Source of the DNA: Candidatus Nomurabacteria bacterium
GTDB taxonomy: Bacteria; Patescibacteriota; Minisyncoccia; Phycocordibacterales; JACOZG01
Assembly: GCA_020847275.1 (NCBI GenBank)
Contig: JADLCI010000001.1
Location: 2,540 to 66,539, forward strand
DNA: 64,000 bases
Direction: 5' to 3'
This document shows positions 57,267-64,000 of the stretch, piece after piece; the stretch's first letter is position 1, and each line of letters starts with the position of its first letter. The position numbers and the translations under genes are program-made. Below the pieces are notes generated by a model that saw only the letters and a program-made list of their open reading frames with translations, was not told where the DNA came from and did not search any database.

Positions 57267-57878
57267 TTATTCCAAAAGACCGTCAATATTTACATCATAC
57301 AGAATCTGTTCTTGAACAAGTCTGTAATCAATCAGCTCCTCTGGTTTAAACCAATGCTTAATCTCCAACTCCGCTTCGGGAACAGTGCCAGAAGCGTGAA
57401 TCAAATTACGGACCGAACGACCATCGCCATCGCTCATAACATAAGAATCCAAGACAAAATCGCCACGAATCGTGCCAATATCAGAAGTAAGCGGTTCGGT
57501 ACCACCAGTAATTTTCCGCACAATGGGGACGGCATGACCGCCCTGCCAAACCATCGCGATCACTGGGCCACTTGTCATATATTTCTTCAGATTCTCCAGA
57601 ATCCGCCCGGTAATCTCCAGTGGGTCCATTGACGGTGGTTTAAGTCCCTTTTTTTCATAGCTCGCAATAGTCTTCTCGCCAGTAATTCGCCGCCAATTTG
57701 GGTCAAGAGTGTAGTGCTTCTCCACCATATCAGCTGTTGGTACAAGCATTTTGACACCAACCAACTTCAAACCGGTACGCTCATAGCGCTTTATTATCTC
57801 ACCGATGAGAGTGCGCTGAATACCGTCCGGCTTAATCAACACCAGTGTTCGCTCAATTTTGGGGTGATTCTGATTCAT
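57267..57878 (-). CDS. ndk: Nucleoside diphosphate kinase
   Basis: ERTLVLIKPDG, SGPV, GTIRGDF, NLIHAS. Confidence 0.95.
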   Translation of the reverse strand: MNQNHPKIERTLVLIKPDGIQRTLIGEIIKRYERTGLKLVGVKMLVPTADMVEKHYTLDPNWRRITGEKTIASYEKKGLKPPSMDPLEITGRILENLKKYMTSGPVIAMVWQGGHAVPIVRKITGGTEPLTSDIGTIRGDFVLDSYVMSDGDGRSVRNLIHASGTVPEAELEIKHWFKPEELIDYRLVQEQILYDVNIDGLLE

Positions 57879-57898
57879 TGTTTGTTTAATCTAACACA

Positions 57899-57925
57899 AA
57901 AGACCCCTGTCTCCAAGGGTCTTTT
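57899..57925 (-). terminator. Intrinsic terminator
   Basis: AAAGACCC...GGGTCTTT. Confidence 0.6.
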
Positions 57926-57944
57926 GTTAAAAACAAAGACTGAA

Positions 57945-58169
57945 TTACATCGCTGCTCCAGAACCACCGTTGCCGCAGGACTTGCAACCCTTCTTGTGGG
58001 TAACAAGTTCGTAAATCGCCGACAAGCCCACCAAAACAAAGATGATATTGCTAAGGGTCATCCCGAGCATACCAACCACATTCCAGTCACTGCCAGCGAA
58101 ACCACCAATACCAACGAGGCCCCAATTGAGACCACCGATGATAAGCAGAATCCAAGAAAGCATGTGCAT
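57945..58169 (-). CDS. DUF378-family small membrane protein
   Basis: LLIIGGLNWGLVG...IIFVLVGLSAIY. Confidence 0.88.
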   Translation of the reverse strand: MHMLSWILLIIGGLNWGLVGIGGFAGSDWNVVGMLGMTLSNIIFVLVGLSAIYELVTHKKGCKSCGNGGSGAAM

Positions 58170-58220
58170 AAAGATTTTTCTTTATTAACTAATAATAAAA
58201 ACGCCTCTCTAATTATAGCA

Positions 58221-58982
58221 TTAACGGGTCAACACTTCAGCTCCATTTCTGTTGATAACGACTGTGTGTTCAAAATGGGCTGAAAGCGAACCGTCTGCCG
58301 TCTTAACGGTATAGCCGTCAGGTAAGAACTTGACTCCCCAACCACCAAGATTAAGCATCGGCTCAATCGCCAAAACAAGGCCCTCTTCAAGCACCAAACC
58401 GCTCCCGCCAGGGCCAAAATTGGCAATCATTGGCTCCTCATGAACCTTATACCCCACGCCATGGCCACCCAAATCGCGAACTAATCCAAGGCCATTCTTT
58501 TTAGAAACTTTCTCGATTGCCGCACCAATATCGCTCAGATGGGCACCGGGTACAGCCGCCTCTATTCCCCGATCTAGTGCCTCTCTCGTTGCGGTGATTA
58601 ATTTATCTACTTCTGGCAATGTGTCCCCAATAGCAATAGTAATAGCTGAGTCAGTGAAAAGACCACCGTGTTTCAAGCCAAGATCCAAACTAACCACGTC
58701 ACCATCTTGCAAAGCACGACTACCAGGAATACCGTGAACGACTTCATCGTTTATAGAAACACAAAGTGCGGCTGGGAATGGTGCTGGAGCGCCAGCAGGT
58801 TGATAGTTGAGGAAAGCCGGCTCGTCACCATTCTTGGCAATTAAATCACGCGCAAGTTGATCCAGTTCACCAGTTGTTACACCAACCTTCGAGATTTGGG
58901 CCAGCTCACGTAAGATTTCCCCCAATCTCTTGCCCCCGACACGCAAAATGGCAATCTCATCGTCACTCTTTTTTTTAATCAT
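58221..58982 (-). CDS. map: Methionine aminopeptidase type I
   Basis: CVSINDEVVHGIP, DSAIT, GHGVG..HEEP, AIEPM, SAHFEHT. Confidence 0.97.
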   Translation of the reverse strand: MIKKKSDDEIAILRVGGKRLGEILRELAQISKVGVTTGELDQLARDLIAKNGDEPAFLNYQPAGAPAPFPAALCVSINDEVVHGIPGSRALQDGDVVSLDLGLKHGGLFTDSAITIAIGDTLPEVDKLITATREALDRGIEAAVPGAHLSDIGAAIEKVSKKNGLGLVRDLGGHGVGYKVHEEPMIANFGPGGSGLVLEEGLVLAIEPMLNLGGWGVKFLPDGYTVKTADGSLSAHFEHTVVINRNGAEVLTR

Positions 58983-59593
58983 AAACCAATTTTCCCTATG
59001 ATTTCTTGGTGCACTTCCGGAATAGTCTGCAAACCATTAATATCGAGAAAGGTATGCCCCGAGTGGGTACGATAATAATCTACGACCGGAGCCACATCGG
59101 TCATAAACCAACTTAGGCGCTTCTTTATCCCAGCCTCTGTGTCATCTGCCCGACCAGTTTCTTGTGCCCGCTTTAATAATTTCTCTACCGACCAATCATC
59201 GTGAACATCCAGATGGATGATTGTCGACTTACTTGCACCATAAAAACGGAATGCGGTATCAAGGGCCTCCGCCTCAATCACCGTACGTGGGGTACCATCG
59301 ATTACAACCCGTTCCCCGCCCTTTAAATTGTTAATAAAAAAATTAGCCCAGTTGTAGATGGCCAGAAAAGCAAGGGTCAAACCACCGCCGCCATTATCTA
59401 TTACCTCCTGAGTCAAGCGAGAAGTATAATTGTCGCGCGACTTAAACTCACGGAGGAGAGCACCTGTCTCCATGTAGTAAACAGGCCGAGACGAGTCGCC
59501 CCGCTTCAGATAATCAATAAGAAGTGCTGCCTGCGTTCCCTTTCCTGCTCCTGGTCGACCCAAGAAAACATAAGGCTCAATCGGCTGATTCAT
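58979..59593 (-). CDS. adk: Adenylate kinase (short LID)
   Basis: GRPGAGKGTQA, TGALLR, IDGTPR, GRADD; lies between secY and map. Confidence 0.9.
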   Translation of the reverse strand: MNQPIEPYVFLGRPGAGKGTQAALLIDYLKRGDSSRPVYYMETGALLREFKSRDNYTSRLTQEVIDNGGGGLTLAFLAIYNWANFFINNLKGGERVVIDGTPRTVIEAEALDTAFRFYGASKSTIIHLDVHDDWSVEKLLKRAQETGRADDTEAGIKKRLSWFMTDVAPVVDYYRTHSGHTFLDINGLQTIPEVHQEIIGKIGL

Positions 59594-59626
59594 TCGGACA
59601 GTATAACAAAAAACTCGGTGATAGTT

Positions 59627-60898
59627 CTAGTACTCCCGCATTGAAAGCTGTGCCCCAACCTGCTTCATAAATTCAAGTGCCACCGATACAACGATAAGTA
59701 GTCCCGTGCCACCAATTGCGAGTGATGTTAGTCCAGTCAGTGACTGCATGGCGAGTGGCAAAATAGCGATTAGCGCAAGGAAAACTGCCCCAACAAAGGT
59801 CAAGCGGTAGAGCACGAAAGCAACATGTTCCGCCGTTGGTCGTCCGGGGCGAATTCCAGGAATGAAAGCACCGTTTTTCTGCAAATTAGTGGCCACTGAT
59901 TCCGGGTCAAACGTAATCGCTGAATAGAAATAGGTAAAAATAAAAATAAGGAAAAAGTAGGCCACGCCATAGAACCAAGCATTATTCAGCGCGGCGGTAA
60001 CCCAGCCAGACAGGTTCTTGATCCAGAAAATATCCACCCGTGTCAAAAAGCCGGCAATCATCTGTGGGAATAGAAGAACGGAGAGAGCAAAGATAATTGG
60101 CATCACTCCAGCCTGATTTAGACGGAGAGGTAGGTAGGTAGAGGCGCCGCCATAGACCTTGTTTCCGCGGACACGCTTGGCATAAGTCACGGGAATCGGT
60201 CTCTCCGCCTCGGTCACCACGACAACACCAGCTGTCACAATTAGGGCAACGGCAAGAAAAACGAGGTAAAGTGGAACCTGGCTAGCTTCAAAATTGACAG
60301 CCAATTGACTAACCGTAGAGGGAATGCCTGCCAAAATACCGGCAAAGATTATCAAAGATACACCGTTGCCAATTCCATATTCGCTAATCAGTTCACCAAT
60401 CCACATGAGAAGCACTGAACCGGCCACAATGGTGACCACGTTGATCAGTTTAGAACCCAAACTTAAGTGGAGAAGGACCCCCTGATTCTCGAGCAAGGCA
60501 AGAAGTGCATACCCTTGGATAATCGCAAGTGGCACCGTGAGCAAGCGAGAATACTGAGTAAACTTTCGCCTACCGGCCTCGCCCTCTTCGCTATAAAGAC
60601 GCTTAATGGCTGGAAACATAATCGTGAGGAGTTGCATGATAATCGAGCCAGTGATAAATGGACCGACCCCAAGCATGAAAATGGAGAGGTTAGAAAGTCC
60701 GCCACCAGAAAAGACGTTTAAAAGACCCAAGAATTGGTTCCCAGAGAAAAACCGTGCCAGTGCTTCACTATTCACACCCGGAACTGGTATGGTTGTACCT
60801 AGGCGAAAGAGGACCAAAGCACCGAGTACAAAGAGTAGGCGTCCGCGAAGGGTGCTGTCGGAGAGAATAAGTTTAATTTTGCTACCGAAACTATTCAT
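59627..60898 (-). CDS. secY: Preprotein translocase SecY
   Basis: LGVGPFITGSIIMQLL, GIGNGVSLIIFAGI, AGVMPIIFA, IPGIRPG. Confidence 0.98.
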   Translation of the reverse strand: MNSFGSKIKLILSDSTLRGRLLFVLGALVLFRLGTTIPVPGVNSEALARFFSGNQFLGLLNVFSGGGLSNLSIFMLGVGPFITGSIIMQLLTIMFPAIKRLYSEEGEAGRRKFTQYSRLLTVPLAIIQGYALLALLENQGVLLHLSLGSKLINVVTIVAGSVLLMWIGELISEYGIGNGVSLIIFAGILAGIPSTVSQLAVNFEASQVPLYLVFLAVALIVTAGVVVVTEAERPIPVTYAKRVRGNKVYGGASTYLPLRLNQAGVMPIIFALSVLLFPQMIAGFLTRVDIFWIKNLSGWVTAALNNAWFYGVAYFFLIFIFTYFYSAITFDPESVATNLQKNGAFIPGIRPGRPTAEHVAFVLYRLTFVGAVFLALIAILPLAMQSLTGLTSLAIGGTGLLIVVSVALEFMKQVGAQLSMREY

Positions 60899-60909
60899 AT
60901 TTTTATTTA

Positions 60910-61359
60910 CTAAGAAATCTTACCACCCGCTTTTTCAATCTGGACACGCGCCGAGGCGGAAACGAGACAATCAGTAAACTGGAAAGTCTTTGAAAGCGCC
61001 CCGCCAGCAAGAATCTTCACCTTTGGTAATTTGCCAGACTCCCTTCGAATCAATTTCTGTTCAAAAAGTGCCGCTGGATTAATCGTTGCGCCAGAAGCGA
61101 AGACTTTGTTAATTGAACCAAGTTGCACCACTTTTGCCTTCACAACCCCGTCATTCACGGTCAACCCACGATTACGACCGTACCCACGACGCTTGGGGAT
61201 CTTTTTGATTATGTCGCGCAATTCGGGACGAAGCTTACGGCCAGAGCGAGCGAGTTGTCCCTTGGTGCCACGTCCGGCTGTCTTACCACGCTTACCACCA
61301 CGACCAATTTGGCGAGATTTCTTTAGGGGATGTTCACGTTTTAATTGATGAATTTGCAT
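60910..61359 (-). CDS. rplO: 50S ribosomal protein L15
   Basis: GRGGKRGKTAGRGTKGQLAR, IEKAGG. Confidence 0.96.
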   Translation of the reverse strand: MQIHQLKREHPLKKSRQIGRGGKRGKTAGRGTKGQLARSGRKLRPELRDIIKKIPKRRGYGRNRGLTVNDGVVKAKVVQLGSINKVFASGATINPAALFEQKLIRRESGKLPKVKILAGGALSKTFQFTDCLVSASARVQIEKAGGKIS

Positions 61360-61370
61360 AAATTTTAAAT

Positions 61371-61877
61371 TTACTGGGCAAAAGCTTTTAGCGCTTCCAT
61401 TGTGACACGCGAATTATTCAGTTTATTCTTGCTCTTGGAGAGAATCTTCGCACTTACATCACGGACGCCAGCTAGGTTAAGAATCACCCGAACAGCGCTC
61501 CCCGCCACCAAACCACGTCCAGGCGCAGGCTTAAGTAGAAGACGCGAGCTGGAATATTTGACCAAAACTTCGTGTGGCACAGAGCCGGTCTTGGTTAGGC
61601 GAAGAGTCATCATCTCCTTCTTGGCTTGATGAAAAGCTTTCTCAATCGCACTTGAAATATCTGAGGACTTGCCAACACCAAGACCAATCTTACCCTTGCG
61701 ATTTCCCGCCGCAAGAACGAGTGAAAAAGAGAAGCGACGTCCGCCGCGAACCACGCGAACCACGCGACGAATATTGACAATCGCTTGATCGAATTCTGAC
61801 TTTGGCTTCTCGGGTCGTCCTCCGCGACCACCTCGGCCACCGCCACCTCGTCGATCATTGGTATTGTTGTTGTTCAT
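61371..61877 (-). CDS. rpsE: 30S ribosomal protein S5
   Basis: RVVRGGRRFSF, PAPGRGLVAG. Confidence 0.96.
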   Translation of the reverse strand: MNNNNTNDRRGGGGRGGRGGRPEKPKSEFDQAIVNIRRVVRVVRGGRRFSFSLVLAAGNRKGKIGLGVGKSSDISSAIEKAFHQAKKEMMTLRLTKTGSVPHEVLVKYSSSRLLLKPAPGRGLVAGSAVRVILNLAGVRDVSAKILSKSKNKLNNSRVTMEALKAFAQ

Positions 61878-61882
61878 AAAAT

Positions 61883-62224
61883 TTAGAAAATTAGGCCGCC
61901 AGAGCGAGCACCTTCGGCAACTTGTTTAACTCGACCAGCGTAGATGTAACCCCCACGGTCAAAGGCAACTGTCTTTATTTTTTTTGCCAAAGCCTCTTTA
62001 GCAATGAGCTCACCCACCCCCTTTGCGTCAGGTGTTGGCTTAACTTTCAAATCACTCGCGGCGGCAATAGTTCGTCCAGCCACATCGTCAATCAGCTGAG
62101 CATAGATGTGCTTCTCCGAACGAAACACTGCCAGTCGCGGACGCAAAGCCGTACCGCGCACTCGGGCACGGACACGCGCCCGCCGTCGAGCTCTCTGATT
62201 TTTTTTGATATTAGCTTTAATCAT
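61883..62224 (-). CDS. rplR: 50S ribosomal protein L18
   Basis: [26 protein letters not shown]. Confidence 0.96.
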   Translation of the reverse strand: MIKANIKKNQRARRRARVRARVRGTALRPRLAVFRSEKHIYAQLIDDVAGRTIAAASDLKVKPTPDAKGVGELIAKEALAKKIKTVAFDRGGYIYAGRVKQVAEGARSGGLIF

Positions 62225-62230
62225 AAATAT

Positions 62231-62767
62231 TTAGGCTGTTACTTTTTTACCAGCCTTACGCCGAACAGTTTCCGTTGAGTAACGAATTCCTTTTCCTTTG
62301 TATGGCTCCGGTGGCCGGTAATCACGAATCTTAGCGGCAAAGTGGCCGACCAATTCCTTATCAGTCCCGCTAATTGTCAAATTACCTTTATCGACCGCCA
62401 CCTTGATTCCTTCTGGAACCTTAAGCTCAATTGGGTGAGAGAAACCGAGAGCAAAAACCAACTTATCGCCAGTCAAAGTGGCACGATAACCAACCCCCTC
62501 AATCGTCAATTGTTTCTGGAAACCAGTCGTCACCCCAGTAACCATATTAATTAAGTGAGACGCATATGTACCCCACAAAGCATTTGTCTCCAAGTTAAGT
62601 TTAAGAGGCTTAACTTGCGCAACATTTCCTTCAACCGTCACGGCTAGGCGCGGATCAAATTGTCGTTCGCTCTTACCAAGTGGACCAGAAACGGTTACCA
62701 AACCATCCTTAACAACACAAGTTGTTTTTTCTGGAAGCGTAATCAATCTTTTGCCAATTCTAGACAT
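62231..62767 (-). CDS. rplF: 50S ribosomal protein L6
   Basis: MSRIGK, GVGYRA, LGFSHP, PEPYKGKGIRY. Confidence 0.97.
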   Translation of the reverse strand: MSRIGKRLITLPEKTTCVVKDGLVTVSGPLGKSERQFDPRLAVTVEGNVAQVKPLKLNLETNALWGTYASHLINMVTGVTTGFQKQLTIEGVGYRATLTGDKLVFALGFSHPIELKVPEGIKVAVDKGNLTISGTDKELVGHFAAKIRDYRPPEPYKGKGIRYSTETVRRKAGKKVTA

Positions 62768-62770
62768 AAA

Positions 62771-63163
62771 TTACCAGATTTTAAATAAAAGTTCGCCACC
62801 AACCTTAGCCATCCGTGCTTCCTTATCCGTGAGAAGTCCCTGTGGCGTGGAATAAATTCCGACACCATGTCCCTGGCGGACAGAGCGGATCTGGGTTGCA
62901 CGATGATAAAGACGCTGAGATGGTCGCGATACCCGCAACACATCTTCAATTTTCGGCTTTCCATTCTGATAAAACAACTCCACCTCAATCGTTTTCTGCA
63001 CTTTCTTGCCGCGTTTGCTAACGCTTTTCAAATAGCCAACCTGTTTCAATTTCTCGGCAATTGCGAGTTTAAGATTGGACGCTGGAAAAGATGCCGTTGG
63101 ACGCTTGGCCATACCAGCATTCTTCAAACGAATAATCATATCGGAAATTGAATCAGTGAGCAT
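62771..63163 (-). CDS. rpsH: 30S ribosomal protein S8
   Basis: DSISDMIIRLKNA, RVSRPSQR, STPQG, GGELL. Confidence 0.97.
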   Translation of the reverse strand: MLTDSISDMIIRLKNAGMAKRPTASFPASNLKLAIAEKLKQVGYLKSVSKRGKKVQKTIEVELFYQNGKPKIEDVLRVSRPSQRLYHRATQIRSVRQGHGVGIYSTPQGLLTDKEARMAKVGGELLFKIW

Positions 63164-63174
63164 AAAAATTTAGA

Positions 63175-63360
63175 TTACCAAGATGACTTTTTCACTCCAG
63201 GAATTTTGCCTTCATTCGCCAACTCGCGGAAACAAATCCGACAAAGAGAGAAATCGCGCATGAAGGCTCGCTTGCGACCACAACGAAAACAACGCCGCAC
63301 AATTCTGGTGCTAAATTTTGGGGTCTTTTCTGACCGAGCAATAACTGATGTTTTCGCCAT
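63175..63360 (-). CDS. rpsN: 30S ribosomal protein S14 (Zn-binding type Z)
   Basis: RCFRCGR...[19 protein letters not shown]. Confidence 0.97.
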   Translation of the reverse strand: MAKTSVIARSEKTPKFSTRIVRRCFRCGRKRAFMRDFSLCRICFRELANEGKIPGVKKSSW

Positions 63361-63372
63361 AGCGAGTGTTTT

Positions 63373-63401
63373 ATCTTAGCAAATAGGCCGTCTGTCGTCA
63401 A
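63373..63401 (-). promoter_or_regulatory. Promoter directly upstream of rpsN
   Basis: TTGACG-17-TAAGAT with extended TG. Confidence 0.65.
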
Positions 63402-63407
63402 ATGACG

Positions 63408-63436
63408 AAAAAACCGGCTCACATTCTGTGAGCCGG
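63408..63436 (-). terminator. Intrinsic terminator of the orphan gene
   Basis: CCGGCTCACA-GAA-TGTGAGCCGG followed by T6. Confidence 0.85.
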
Positions 63437-63472
63437 GCCAGTCAAGCGCTTGTCTGGCAAGAGCGACCCGTC

Positions 63473-63988
63473 TCAGAACGGGCAAATAGACGAGAGGTAA
63501 TCACGAACCTCCGCTGTGTCCGGAGCCAAGTAAGACATCTCTTCCTCCCAACGAGAAAGATCAGAGATGCCAACGAAACGCAAGGTAATCAGATGGTCTT
63601 TCTTCAACTTCTGAAATTCGGTGAAGAAAGTGTGCAGGGCCGAAACTTCGAAAGCCCGTGATTCCAGCCCCGTAGCACTTGCCCCACCGCCACCAAGGGG
63701 CTTAAGGTGAATCAGAATCGTCCGTTTAAACGGCGATTGCTTCGGTGGCGTTTCGAGCACCCTCCATCTCTGTGGTTGCTCCTGCGACGCCCCCGTCATC
63801 AGAATCGCCCTGTCTCTGGCCTTCTGTCTCATGTCGACCGATACTGATTTCCCTTTTTCTTCTACAGGAGAATCCGGTGGGCGAATACCGATAACCACCG
63901 CTCCAGCAAAAGACAATACGACGAGCCAAACGAAGAACTCAAGAGCAGTCATACGACCCGATCGGTTCCAATTCCTTCTTCCAGCCAT
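63473..63988 (-). CDS. Orphan single-TM protein
   Basis: AAGGAG SD; MTALEFFVWLVVL hydrophobic helix; has its own terminator. Confidence 0.7.
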   Translation of the reverse strand: MAGRRNWNRSGRMTALEFFVWLVVLSFAGAVVIGIRPPDSPVEEKGKSVSVDMRQKARDRAILMTGASQEQPQRWRVLETPPKQSPFKRTILIHLKPLGGGGASATGLESRAFEVSALHTFFTEFQKLKKDHLITLRFVGISDLSRWEEEMSYLAPDTAEVRDYLSSICPF

Positions 63989-64000
63989 TTCAAACTCCTT

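Noticed and set aside
1464-63929. Many antisense or alternate-frame ORFs in the track
   Set aside because: They are shadows of well-supported genes or tRNAs and have no motifs or start signals
1-64000. CRISPR array, IS/transposase, integrase, rRNA gene or prophage
   Set aside because: No regularly spaced repeats, no transposase/integrase motifs, and no extended rRNA similarity were seen

Overview
A mostly housekeeping region of a reduced bacterial genome, most likely Patescibacteria/CPR (Parcubacteria-like). This is inferred from the missing rpmD between rpsE and rplO, the N-terminally shortened IF2, the VirB2-like pilin array, and the DsbA-VKOR, SWIB and GH15/GH57/GT4 gene sets. Translation follows code 11. 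The window carries dnaX (partial), dus, serS, dprA, topA, parB, a frameshifted miaA, clpB, sod, iscS, infB-rbfA, gyrA, rpsA, pth, lepB, hisS, ftsA, tgt, smpB-tmRNA, infC-rpmI-rplT and the distal spc operon, plus 9 tRNAs and a probable compact 6S RNA. The most unusual signals are as follows. (1) A roughly 140-nt candidate sRNA lies antisense between dprA and topA, with its own promoter and a boxA-like site. It carries an exact 16S helix-24 motif (GGAUUAGAUACCC) and a terminator whose loop is exactly the anti-Shine-Dalgarno CCUCCUU. (2) A recurring cassette design (sigma70 promoter, boxA-like motif, strong SD, orphan gene, intrinsic terminator) contrasts with core genes that look leaderless or SD-less. 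(3) A five-pilin array has a 61-bp identical tract shared by two paralogs. (4) There is an unannotated 41-aa Cys-rich metallothionein-like gene. (5) A membrane-anchored Clp ATPase has a degenerate first ATPase domain. All calls come from reading the sequence by eye; no searches were run.
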